IMG/VR virus record: IMGVR_UViG_3300045988_166613 | Location: 64,001-128,000 of that record | Reading direction: 5' to 3' (one strand) | Origin: a virus | DNA length: 64,000 nucleotides | Shown: positions 1 to 8,239 of the stretch, in pieces | How positions within the stretch are numbered: position 1 is the stretch's first letter | Layout: each line of letters begins with the position of its first letter | The notes under the pieces: model-generated | Told to the model about the DNA's origin: nothing | Databases searched by the model: none | Seen by the model: only the letters and a program-made list of their open reading frames with translations | Position numbers and translations under genes: made by a program

Positions 1-326
1 GAAAAGATAGTGAGACCACGGTTGATGTTGGGAGGATATTTAAATTAAGTAAAAGTTCTATAATAGATTATCTCAAAAATGGAACAAAGCTAGGCTGGTG
101 TAATTATAATCCTAAAGAAGAAATGAAGAAAATTGGATATAATTGCGGTAAGAAAGTTGAAATATTCAAAGATGGACAAAGTTTAGGAATATTCTCCTCA
201 TGTGCGGAGTTAGAAAGACAAAGTAAAAAATTATTTGGAGTTAGGTTATTTAATCAATGTATTTCAGATATTTGCAATGGTAAACAAAAACACCATAAAG
301 GATTTACTTTTAAATATGTAAGGTAA
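1..326 (+). CDS. Partial CDS (N-terminus left of window): C-terminal part of a Zn-ribbon-array endonuclease-like protein, paralog of 29675..31405
   Basis: Frame of ORF 123..326 stays open to the window edge (KDSETTVDVGRIFKLSKSSIIDYLKNGTKLGWCNYNPKEE..). The ~105 aa align colinearly with the C-terminus of 29675..31405 (GTELGWCEYNPKE; FKD..SLGIFSSCAELERQS.KLFG; KGFTFKY). Confidence 0.6.
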   Translation, partial: KDSETTVDVGRIFKLSKSSIIDYLKNGTKLGWCNYNPKEEMKKIGYNCGKKVEIFKDGQSLGIFSSCAELERQSKKLFGVRLFNQCISDICNGKQKHHKGFTFKYVR

Positions 327-335
327 TCATTAATC

Positions 336-603
336 AACTTGTACTTGGATTAACATTATAAATATTAATAAAAATAAATTATTTAAAAATCTACATATAT
401 GTCTAATAATTATTAAAAGTTAATTCAAGTACAAGTTAAACATTAGCTTTCATACCAAGTGTTTATAAATTTATTTTGGTGCTTTTATAATGATATATAA
501 TTATAGTGTTTTATTGTACTTGAATTAACATTAATTTTATATGGCAATATTTAAATACTTGAATTATCATAAAAATATTACGAAGTTAATTCAAGTACAA
601 TAA
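336..603. repeat. Iteron cluster A (TTGTACTTGAATTAACA-like, 3 direct + 2 inverted copies) downstream of rep
   Basis: Copies read at 336-358, 420-438 (inverted), 511-533, 553-570 (degenerate), 585-603 (inverted). Confidence 0.8.
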
Positions 604-638
604 AGTTTTACAATATATAATAAAATCTAATTTAAAAT

Positions 639-1880
639 CTATAAAAAATCTCTTACATCCCATTTAATATAATTGGGATTATTATTTATATTAAATGCAG
701 ATAAGAAATATTTTTTTAAATCCTTAATTGGTTCTTTTTTTACTTCTTGTTTGTATTTTATGCTTTTTAAGACACCAATCAAGTATTCTTCTGTTGTATA
801 CTTACTTAATTGAGACATTTCATCCCATTCTATACCCACTCGTCTTAATTCAGCCATTAGATCAAATTCATTTTTAATTAAATCTTTGTATTTTTTTAAA
901 TCAGTAACTCGTTTATTAAAAACAAGTTTTACACCTTCTCCCCTGGTTTTCTCATACCCATCTATGAAATCAATCTGTACCAATTCTTCTAATGCTTTGT
1001 TGATTTGACTAACAGCATATCTTCTTTCGGTAGATGTATCATAATCTAAACCAATGTAATCTACTAATGTTGCATATTTTAAAAATTTACTTTCTCCTTT
1101 TGACCATGTGCTAAGTATCAAAAAAATCTTTTTCGCTACCGAAGATTTAAGAGATTTATATTTTTCATAATCATATATTTTATAGTAATTATTACACATA
1201 TTTATTAAAAAGAAATCATCTATTTCAACATATTGCATTTCTTTAATTTCTCTTGGGTTTATTAGCTTGCCATATTGTCTTTTGTAATCCGCTTGACTAT
1301 AACTTGCATAATTTTTTAATATTCTACAACTTCTTTCCCCTTTAAACATTGATACATAATTTTTTTCTTCGGCATCATATATAGCAAAAGAATTATATAT
1401 GGTTGTTTCGTTTAATTTCTTTATTGATCTTTCGAGTAAAGTTTTTACTCTTCCACTAATTTCAGAGTATCCAACTTCATCTGATAATTCTTTGTAAGTA
1501 AAGTGTATTCTTGCTGGAATCTCTGTTTTGTTATCAATCTTATCCTTATAGAAGCCATTATTGTTATTTTTTAAATGAATACGAAATAGAGCTAACAATA
1601 CATCCAATTCAAAAATTTGAGGAACGCCAAATTCTGCACTTCCTACAACTTTAATACTTACGATTTCACCATTAGATTTTTTCCAACTTCTTTCTATAAT
1701 ATTTTCTCGCTTTCTTTTTAATGAAATAAATGGTAAAGTCATTAAATTTGTTTCATTAAAGCTATGATTCTTATTAATTTTAAAAAATGACATTTGTTCT
1801 TCGATAGGGTTTTCCACATAATTATCCACAGATAATTCGTTATTATTACTTATATTGACCATGTTTTCCACAATATCCAC
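639..1880 (-). CDS. Plasmid replication initiator (Rep; RPA/RepA-like, 'LPFISLKR' and 'FELDVLLAL' motifs)
   Basis: 413-aa ORF bracketed on both sides by the same iteron family. AGGAG RBS at 1884-1888. Start ambiguous (GTG 1880, GTG 1871 or ATG 1862). N-terminal motif pattern resembles replication initiator protein A families. Confidence 0.7.
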   Translation of the reverse strand: MDIVENMVNISNNNELSVDNYVENPIEEQMSFFKINKNHSFNETNLMTLPFISLKRKRENIIERSWKKSNGEIVSIKVVGSAEFGVPQIFELDVLLALFRIHLKNNNNGFYKDKIDNKTEIPARIHFTYKELSDEVGYSEISGRVKTLLERSIKKLNETTIYNSFAIYDAEEKNYVSMFKGERSCRILKNYASYSQADYKRQYGKLINPREIKEMQYVEIDDFFLINMCNNYYKIYDYEKYKSLKSSVAKKIFLILSTWSKGESKFLKYATLVDYIGLDYDTSTERRYAVSQINKALEELVQIDFIDGYEKTRGEGVKLVFNKRVTDLKKYKDLIKNEFDLMAELRRVGIEWDEMSQLSKYTTEEYLIGVLKSIKYKQEVKKEPIKDLKKYFLSAFNINNNPNYIKWDVRDFL

Positions 1881-2007
1881 AATCTCCTTGTCAACATTTT
1901 TATTCTCTACATAAAGAATTTTTAATTTTTATATACTTAAATTTAGTATATAAGCCGTTTTGATAGTTATTTATACAATATAAAACAGGTTTAATCCAAA
2001 CATATTA

Positions 2008-2127
2008 TTATTGTATTTCAATTAACATTATATTGTACTTGAATTAACAAATCAAGAAAAGTTATTGTATTTGAATTAACAAGTTATTGTACTTGAATTT
2101 TTTATTATTGTACTTGAATTGACATTT
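2008..2127 (+). repeat. Iteron cluster B: five tandem direct TTATTGTA(C/T)TTGAATTAACA repeats, ~22-bp period, upstream of rep (candidate oriV)
   Basis: Copies start at 2008, 2031, 2062, 2084, 2105. Confidence 0.85.
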
Positions 2128-2178
2128 AACCTTCTGTACCCTAGTTATATCAATAGTTATAGAACTCTAGTTACACTA

Positions 2179-2220
2179 TAGTATCATTATGTTATTAGTA
2201 TCATTATGTTATTAGTATCA
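2179..2220 (+). repeat. 17-bp tandem direct repeat TAGTATCATTATGTTAT x2.5
   Basis: Units at 2179-2195, 2196-2212, partial 2213-2220. Confidence 0.9.
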
Positions 2221-2340
2221 AGTGAGAGCTTCTTCCGATAAAATCGGACATACATCAACTTTATCCTTCCCTTTATTTAAGCTAAAATAATATATGATAT
2301 AATCAAGTCAACAAATGTTATATAAAGTCTTATTTTTTTT

Positions 2341-2383
2341 AAAACCTCTCAGAACGCCTTTAAATGACTTTCTAAGAGGTTTT
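2341..2383. terminator. Bidirectional-looking hairpin terminator after the TubY-like gene
   Basis: aaaacctctcagaa / ttctaagaggtttt (14-bp stem, 1 mismatch), T-run on one side and A-run on the other. Confidence 0.55.
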
Positions 2384-2466
2384 AATTTTAGACAACAATT
2401 TACATTACATAATATTTAAAATTGATTGTAGAGCATTCTAGGAATAATTTAATACTATATAACGCA

Positions 2467-3372
2467 TTAACCAAATATTCTTTTAAATAATCCCTTCTTT
2501 TCATTGACTTGTTGTTGAAGATTTTTTTGATTATCTAAAGATTCTTTTAATCTATTGCAAATATCAGTATCTCTTTTTTCTAATTGTTTAGTTAGGTTTT
2601 TAATTAGCTTTTCTTGAGATTTATTCTGTTCTTCTAGCCCTTTTAATATATCCGATGATAAATTACTTACCTCAGTTTTAGTAGCCTTTAAATCGTCTTC
2701 TAGGTGGTCTATATTAAAGCTATCTAAAAATTTTTCTTGCGATTTACTAATCAACTCACATTGTTGCTCTATTGTTTCTTTTGCTGTTTTGGATAAATCA
2801 TTTTGAGTATTAGATATAACTTTATTTATATTATCTAAAGCTGAATTTATACTATTTGTATTTTCTTGTAGTTTATCTATAACATCATTTGTTACATCTG
2901 TTGTTATTTGCACTACTAAATCTTTCTTATACTCCTCTTGGTATGTTATAAACTTTTCTAAAAAATCATTAAGCTTTTCTTCAATCTGTTCATTCATTTT
3001 AACCGTTAATTGAGTTGCTAACACTTCCATTCCTAATGGATCTTGAGGGTTTATTAATTCTGTTGCATTCTTGTAATCAGAATATTTTTCACCTCTTTTT
3101 TCATCTAATTCTTTAAAATATTTTTGAATTTGTATTTTAGAAAAATTATGTTCATCAACTAATAATTTTAATTGTTTAAATCTCTCTATAGATTCTTCAG
3201 AAAATTTTCTTCTACCAGATACTCTTTCTACCAAAAGTTCTTCACCAAATTCATTTCCCCAATACCTAGTTCTCTTTTCATCTTCGCCTATGATTTCAGC
3301 TATTTGAGGTATTGTGTAATATATTTTAGGTTTAACTTCTTCAAATTTTACATCTGTGAAATTATTACTCAT
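2467..3372 (-). CDS. MerR-type HTH + long coiled-coil protein with basic amphipathic C-terminus (TubY-like partition modulator candidate)
   Basis: N-terminus YYTIPQIAEIIGEDEKRTRYWGNEFG..GRRKFSEESIERFKQLKLL fits the MerR HTH pattern. The rest is heptad-like E/K/Q/L-rich and ends KKGLFKRIFG. Divergent from tubR-tubZ. Likely start ATG 3372 (GGAG 8 nt upstream). Confidence 0.45.
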   Translation of the reverse strand: MSNNFTDVKFEEVKPKIYYTIPQIAEIIGEDEKRTRYWGNEFGEELLVERVSGRRKFSEESIERFKQLKLLVDEHNFSKIQIQKYFKELDEKRGEKYSDYKNATELINPQDPLGMEVLATQLTVKMNEQIEEKLNDFLEKFITYQEEYKKDLVVQITTDVTNDVIDKLQENTNSINSALDNINKVISNTQNDLSKTAKETIEQQCELISKSQEKFLDSFNIDHLEDDLKATKTEVSNLSSDILKGLEEQNKSQEKLIKNLTKQLEKRDTDICNRLKESLDNQKNLQQQVNEKKGLFKRIFG

Positions 3373-3397
3373 ATTAACCATCTCCATAAATTTTTTA

Positions 3398-3659
3398 AAC
3401 TAAAGTAAAGTTAATTATATAATATTTTAAAAGTAAAGTAAAATAAAATTTTAGTATGAATAAAGTTGTGTTCTAAGTTTGGTTTAGTTAATAAAAATAT
3501 ATTTTTCACTTTACTTTAGTTTAATTATTTTAAAAATTAAGTATATTGTAACAGTTTTATGGCATTTATATAACACTTAAATAACAACTTGATAACAATA
3601 TTAAATCATTTATATATCATTTTAATGTTTTTATACAACAATTTAATAACAATTTGATA
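3398..3659. promoter_or_regulatory. Candidate partition centromere/operator (tubS/tubC-like) between the TubY-like gene and tubR
   Basis: AAACTAAAGTAAAGT at 3398-3412, its inverted copy at 3508-3522 and AAAAGTAAAGTAAAA at 3429-3443. A second word ACAA(C/T)TTGATA occurs at 3584-3594 and 3649-3659. Confidence 0.4.
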
Positions 3660-3720
3660 TTAAAGAACATCATTTAGTAAGCAATTATACATAATAAATA
3701 TATTTTAAAAATGTTTTATA

Positions 3721-3749
3721 TTGACATTTTGATAGAAATAGTTTAAGCT
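3721..3749 (+). promoter_or_regulatory. Possible tubR-tubZ promoter
   Basis: TTGACA at 3721-3726, 17-bp spacer, weak -10 TAAGCT. Confidence 0.35.
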
Positions 3750-3784
3750 TTTAATTGAAATTAAATGATATGGAGGTGACGTTT

Positions 3785-4090
3785 TTGGGACATAGATTAT
3801 TTAATGTGTCTGATTATGCAATTTTAGAAGTTTTTATACATTATGATTGTACCTCCCCCATAGCTGCTTTTACTAGAGAACAAATAATAGATAAAACAGG
3901 TTTTTCATTATCAAAAGTGAGAAATTCTTTATCTATGTTTTTGATGTTAAATATGATTAAAGAAGGAGCTAAGGATGGTAAGAAAAAGACTTACTACATT
4001 ACAGATGAGGGCATAGATAATTTTCAAGAAGCTTATAGATTAACCGATGAAGAATTAGATTTAGAGTTCGGTAAAGATTTAAATGATTAA
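3785..4090 (+). CDS. tubR: TubR-like winged-helix DNA-binding partition adaptor
   Basis: Small wHTH-like ORF (..FTREQIIDKTGFSLSKVRNSLSMFL..GAKDGKKKTYYITDEG) immediately upstream of tubZ. GGAGGTGA RBS favours TTG start at 3785 (ORF track starts at 3755). Confidence 0.6.
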   Translation: MGHRLFNVSDYAILEVFIHYDCTSPIAAFTREQIIDKTGFSLSKVRNSLSMFLMLNMIKEGAKDGKKKTYYITDEGIDNFQEAYRLTDEELDLEFGKDLND

Positions 4091-4107
4091 AAATGGAGGG
4101 ATTATAG

Positions 4108-5250
4108 ATGATAGGAGAGAATTCAGTATTTGTTGGAGTAGGACAATGTGGTGGTAATATAGCTTGGAGTATAGAGCAAAAGAGTGGATTAGCTTATTAT
4201 ATCAATACAGCTTCAGAAGATTTAGATTGTATTCAATCTGATGATGATAAGAAGTATCATATTCCAGGAGCTAAGGGTACAGCAAAAAATGAAGAAATAG
4301 CCAAAGAAATTTTATTTCAAGATGGAGTTATAGATTCTTTATGTAATAATATTCATTCAAGATACGCTAATAGCAAAATTGTAACTTTTGGTTATAGTGC
4401 TGGTGGTGGTACAGGTGGAACTATGGGTAACTATATAGTTGAAGCTATGAAAGAAATATATCCTGAAAAGATTATGAATGTTGTATTAGTATTACCTGAT
4501 AAAAATGAAGATGTAATAATACAATTAAATGCTTTAAGATGCTTAAAACATTTAAATAAGTTATATGAAGATGGTATAGTTAATAGTATTCAACTACTAG
4601 ATAATAATAAAGGAAACTATAAAGCTGTTAATGAAAATTTTTCAATGACTTATACAAGATTTTTAGATTTTGATAGCTTTGATAAAGATGGTAATTTAGA
4701 TAGTGAAGAACAAATAGATGTTGTTACTGCACCAGGATCAATGGCAATGTATGAGTTTTCATCTGATAAATCTTTTTTAGATGGATTAATGGAAGCTGTA
4801 AATAATAGTGTTTACTTTAGAATTCCTAAATTACCAGAAGTGTTAGGTATGATAGTAAGTGATAAGAATGATATGGAAGAAGCTTTATTATCAGCTAGAC
4901 AGGTAGTGGGTTTTGCAAAAATAACTCATAAATCAAAATGGGAAGAAGATTCTAATATAGTAATATCCTCTGGAGTGGATTTTGAAAAACAATTTATATT
5001 AGCTGAAAATCATTTAAAGAAACAAATTTCTGATATAGAAAATGAAAGACTTAAATCAGCAGAAGAAGCCTTGAATGAAATTAATGAGATACAAAAAGAA
5101 ACTAGTGTAGATATAGATGCTGTTAAAGCTAGTAGAAGAAGTAGAAGAACTTCTACAGTAACAACAACTAATAAACCTGTAGAAGATAATAGAAGAAGAC
5201 GTAGAAGAAGTAGTTCAATTGATTTAAGAGAAAAGTATAGAAATTTATAA
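4108..5250 (+). CDS. tubZ: TubZ-like tubulin/FtsZ-superfamily GTPase (plasmid/phage partition motor)
   Basis: N-terminal GVGQCGGNIA and tubulin signature SAGGGTGGTMG. Arg-rich C-terminal tail (SRRSRR..RRRRRRSSS). GGAGGG RBS. Confidence 0.8.
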   Translation: MIGENSVFVGVGQCGGNIAWSIEQKSGLAYYINTASEDLDCIQSDDDKKYHIPGAKGTAKNEEIAKEILFQDGVIDSLCNNIHSRYANSKIVTFGYSAGGGTGGTMGNYIVEAMKEIYPEKIMNVVLVLPDKNEDVIIQLNALRCLKHLNKLYEDGIVNSIQLLDNNKGNYKAVNENFSMTYTRFLDFDSFDKDGNLDSEEQIDVVTAPGSMAMYEFSSDKSFLDGLMEAVNNSVYFRIPKLPEVLGMIVSDKNDMEEALLSARQVVGFAKITHKSKWEEDSNIVISSGVDFEKQFILAENHLKKQISDIENERLKSAEEALNEINEIQKETSVDIDAVKASRRSRRTSTVTTTNKPVEDNRRRRRRSSSIDLREKYRNL

Positions 5251-5313
5251 CAATATATTATAAGAGTTACATAATTATTTGTAGCTCTTTTGTTTTAGGA
5301 AGGAGTAAAATAT

Positions 5314-5541
5314 ATGTTAAAACTTAGAATTACTTTTGTAGATAATGAAAATGGCAACAAAGAACTTCAAAAAGCTTTATCTAAAATTAATAATGATTTT
5401 GAAATTATAAACAAAACTGATATATACAAAGGTAGAAATGGTAGTAAGTATAGTAATATTTATTTAGATGTTGAGAATAAGACTATTAAGAAAATTACTA
5501 AAAAAGATATTGAAGATTTAATAAAAAATGCAGATTTATAG
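5314..5541 (+). CDS. Hypothetical 75-aa protein, last gene of the tubRZ operon
   Basis: GGAAGGAG RBS; followed by a strong terminator. Confidence 0.55.
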   Translation: MLKLRITFVDNENGNKELQKALSKINNDFEIINKTDIYKGRNGSKYSNIYLDVENKTIKKITKKDIEDLIKNADL

Positions 5542-5640
5542 GATTAGATATGTATAAAATTTATAATATTGGTTTATAATTAAGATAATCACTTTAATTT
5601 TAATTTATTTTTATAATTAAGCTCATTAAATAATATTTAA

Positions 5641-5677
5641 AGACTATATAAATTGATATATAGTCTCTTTTTTTTTG
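5641..5677 (+). terminator. Intrinsic terminator of the tubRZ operon
   Basis: agactatata / tatatagtct 10-bp stem followed by a T9 run. Confidence 0.8.
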
Positions 5678-5684
5678 TCTAAAT

Positions 5685-5891
5685 TTAATAATTATTACTT
5701 ATTTTATTCTGATTATTTATTATTTTAGCTATCTGGATATTAGTCAGGAAGGGATATTTATTTCTTAATTCTAGTGTTATGGCTTGATCTATATGTATTA
5801 ATTGCCTTAATTCTATAGAAAATACATGAGTTCCAAAGTATAAATAACCATTTTTATTATCAAAATTGTCTAAAAACATTCGTTTGCTCAT
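5685..5891 (-). CDS. Hypothetical 68-aa protein
   Basis: AAGGAGG RBS on the minus strand (5897-5903 region). Confidence 0.5.
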   Translation of the reverse strand: MSKRMFLDNFDNKNGYLYFGTHVFSIELRQLIHIDQAITLELRNKYPFLTNIQIAKIINNQNKISNNY

Positions 5892-5946
5892 CGTAAATCC
5901 TCCTTATTTACTATAATTATTGTCATTTTTATGATATTAAAACGTA

Positions 5947-5978
5947 CTTCGTGGTAATTTTTGTAGTGATTCCTGAAA
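5947..5978. repeat. 32-bp flanking repeat, copy L (abuts the IS right end)
   Basis: cttcgtggtaatttttgtagtgattcctgaaa; 26/32 identical to 8208-8239 in direct orientation. Confidence 0.7.
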
Positions 5979-6260
5979 CTCCCAAGCCTAAAGCATGGGG
6001 TTCTTAGGTACTATTTAACTTCCAATATACCTCGAAAGGTATAAGGATTAATTAACTTTCCTAAGACTTTTACTATCTATAAAATCAATGATTCTATTAA
6101 CAATAGTTTAAGGCTCGTTTCAAAACCTTATTAGAATTTATTTATATACCTATGCTACTTAAATTTTTAAAAGCACTAAGTCGACTTATTTCCTTATCAT
6201 GATTGATTTTAAATCTATTAAATTCATTCTTACACTTTTCATTATTAATTGTGTCTAAAT
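5979..6260 (-). ncRNA. Candidate omega (re)RNA of TnpB (3' end of tnpB plus IS right end)
   Basis: By analogy only: TnpB guide RNAs derive from the tnpB 3' end and RE. An ORF-free 160-nt RE containing a hairpin lies here. Boundaries not determined. Confidence 0.3.
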
Positions 6261-7665
6261 TTTCAACGTTCTTAATTAAAAATGCTGAATATAAATCTCT
6301 TTGTATTTTCACTTTTTTATTATTGTAGTTGAAGAAATTCCATCTCTGGCTTAATTTCTTCTTTTTGCATTCTTCATCAAAATGATTATATTGAGAAGCT
6401 TTAACTTTATAAGTATTAATTTCAATGAATAAACCACCTTTTGACTCCATTTTATTCTTTATTATCTCTAAAAGCATACTAGGAGCTTTATTTGCTAAAC
6501 TTTTGCCAAATCTTTTCTTTTTATTGAATTTACCTGTTTTTTCATTTATAGTAGTATTCTTAGTTCTCTTTTGAAGTCCTTTGAAATTCATAGTTTCAAC
6601 TTTTATTACATTTCCTTGATTTATAATTTCGTTAGCTATTATATTATGATCCATCTTTCTTATATCGCTTTGTTTTCTATATAAGTCTTTTAATCTATTC
6701 TTTGCTCTTGTATATCTATTACTATAAATCCAATGTAATTTAACTCCGCTTTTAACAGTTCCATCTTTGTTAAAATTATTAGGATTCATATTCCTTCTAC
6801 TTCTATCAAGATATCTTTGGACTCTACGCTTTTCGTTCTCTATATTCTGAACTCTAGGGGCTAACTCATATAATTTACAAGTGTAACTACTTACAAACGC
6901 TATAGTCTGAGTTCCTATGTCTATTCCAACATCTCCGACACCTATAGAATTAATTTCACCTGTATTCTTGTTAATTTTTTGAGATGGAATTCCCTCTAAT
7001 ACTAATTGTAAAGTGTACTTGTATCTTCCTCTAATAAATCTTCTAACTATTCTACAATAACAAATTTTATCCCTTAAAGCACTTGTTTCATAATCATTTA
7101 ATTTTGATTGAACATTTACTTTCAAACCATTCCATTCTAATGAATTTGATTCTAATTTATATTTAATTCCCGTTTTATTATTTTTTCCTTCTAAGGAATT
7201 TAAACCATTGTTAAAAGTTTTAAACTTAACTTTCTTACCATCTCCAAAAAGCAATTTATCATATGCTCTCCATACATTGGAAGCTATTTTTTGAGCAGTA
7301 AAGCTATCAATATTATTCTTGAAATGTTTTTGCATCAGCTTAACATCAGTATGAAGTGAGTATTCTGAAATACAAAACTCTTTCAACATAGATTTTTTAA
7401 TTTCGAAATATTGTTTAGCTAACTTATTTCTTAATTTTTCATCTTTTTCTACCCTATATATATTAGCTATATTCTCTTGGTTTTCTCGCCATCTTTTGGT
7501 TTTAATCATCTCTTTATATCTATTTAGCGACTTTCCTAAAACTGAATTGTATATTTGTCTTCCTATTTCAAATCTTTTAGATAGTATATCTTCTTGGTAT
7601 TTTTCAGTTTCTAATTTTAATGTTAAAATATATCTTTGTTTCTTTTCTTTCAAAATACTCACCAC
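6142..7665 (-). CDS. tnpB: TnpB (IS605 OrfB-type RuvC nuclease), long 507-aa form without the usual Zn-finger cysteines
   Basis: RuvC-like D (VGIDIGTQ), E (IKVETMNFKGLQ), D (IQRDLYSAF). The position of the usual CxxC..CxxC reads SQYNHFDEEC..FFNYNNKK. Confidence 0.8.
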   Translation of the reverse strand: MVSILKEKKQRYILTLKLETEKYQEDILSKRFEIGRQIYNSVLGKSLNRYKEMIKTKRWRENQENIANIYRVEKDEKLRNKLAKQYFEIKKSMLKEFCISEYSLHTDVKLMQKHFKNNIDSFTAQKIASNVWRAYDKLLFGDGKKVKFKTFNNGLNSLEGKNNKTGIKYKLESNSLEWNGLKVNVQSKLNDYETSALRDKICYCRIVRRFIRGRYKYTLQLVLEGIPSQKINKNTGEINSIGVGDVGIDIGTQTIAFVSSYTCKLYELAPRVQNIENEKRRVQRYLDRSRRNMNPNNFNKDGTVKSGVKLHWIYSNRYTRAKNRLKDLYRKQSDIRKMDHNIIANEIINQGNVIKVETMNFKGLQKRTKNTTINEKTGKFNKKKRFGKSLANKAPSMLLEIIKNKMESKGGLFIEINTYKVKASQYNHFDEECKKKKLSQRWNFFNYNNKKVKIQRDLYSAFLIKNVENLDTINNEKCKNEFNRFKINHDKEISRLSAFKNLSSIGI

Positions 7666-7670
7666 CTCTC

Positions 7671-8072
7671 CTAATATCTTGTTTTTTGACTTTCAACATA
7701 TTTTTTGATAGTTTCACTACATACATTTCCAGTAGTAGAAACAAAATAACTCCTAGTCCATAAACTAGGCATTTTTCTCAATTCTACAAATTCATCTCTT
7801 AATATCCTGCTTGTTATCCCTTTTATTTTTTGCATTATATCTGATGGTGCTAATGTTGGTAGACAGTTCAAAAACATATGAGTATGGTCTCTATCACATT
7901 CAATAGCAATTATCTCAATTTCCATCTCCTCACATATATAATTAACCAAATATTTAAAACGATTTTCAACATTAGGTATATCAAATATCTTTCTTCTATA
8001 TCTAGGACAAAAAATAAAATGATAATTTATTAAGCTTACAGTTGTTTTAGTTTTTCTATATTTATTTTTCAT
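7671..8072 (-). CDS. tnpA: IS200/IS605 TnpA (Y1 HUH transposase)
   Basis: DRDHTHMFL (HUH), ..LWTRSYFVSTTGNVCSETIKKYV (catalytic Y region), 133 aa. Confidence 0.9.
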   Translation of the reverse strand: MKNKYRKTKTTVSLINYHFIFCPRYRRKIFDIPNVENRFKYLVNYICEEMEIEIIAIECDRDHTHMFLNCLPTLAPSDIMQKIKGITSRILRDEFVELRKMPSLWTRSYFVSTTGNVCSETIKKYVESQKTRY

Positions 8073-8207
8073 GATTTAATTATAATACTTTTTGTGTATG
8101 TTGTAAATACTTTTATACACAGTTGTTTAAAAAAAATATCTGTTTAGAACTTTGTTCTTTTGGCGATTCATTCCACACCCAAAGGAGTGGGCTTTTTCTA
8201 AATGTTA

Positions 8208-8239
8208 GTTCGTAGTAAATTTTGTGGTGATTCGTGGAA
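8208..8239. repeat. 32-bp flanking repeat, copy R (abuts the IS left end)
   Basis: gttcgtagtaaattttgtggtgattcgtggaa; partial third copy tgtggtgattgatattggaa at 8786-8805. Confidence 0.7.

Larger units (their letters stand above)
5979..8207 (-). mobile_element. IS200/IS605-family insertion sequence (tnpA + tnpB); ends approximate
   Basis: Y1 HUH transposase and TnpB ORFs in tandem, ~2.2 kb. Imperfect subterminal hairpins near 5986-6007 and 8173-8190. No terminal inverted repeats. Confidence 0.8.

Noticed and set aside
3172-3408. ORF 3172..3408 (+), and the other track ORFs lying antisense or out of frame inside longer genes. These are 7496..7708, 12504..12737, 13547..13813, 14178..14486, 17858..18082, 21016..21210, 21679..21888, 23151..23357, 23625..23888, 23845..24030, 24210..24536, 26474..26656, 27584..27823, 28273..28548, 28461..28799, 31671..31913, 35515..35757, 35844..36038, 42574..42768, 44492..44911, 44971..45228, 45759..46004, 48150..48389, 50276..50545, 50823..51005, 50966..51169, 52314..52607, 52893..53117, 53943..54260, 54325..54552, 55320..55541, 55965..56189, 56113..56397, 56482..56772, 61104..61310, 62355..62549, 63494..63709.
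   Set aside because: All are embedded in longer ORFs that have recognisable motifs or RBSs. Their translations are low-complexity F/L/I/S-rich strings, as expected from reading A-rich coding DNA on the opposite strand. None has an RBS that I could see.
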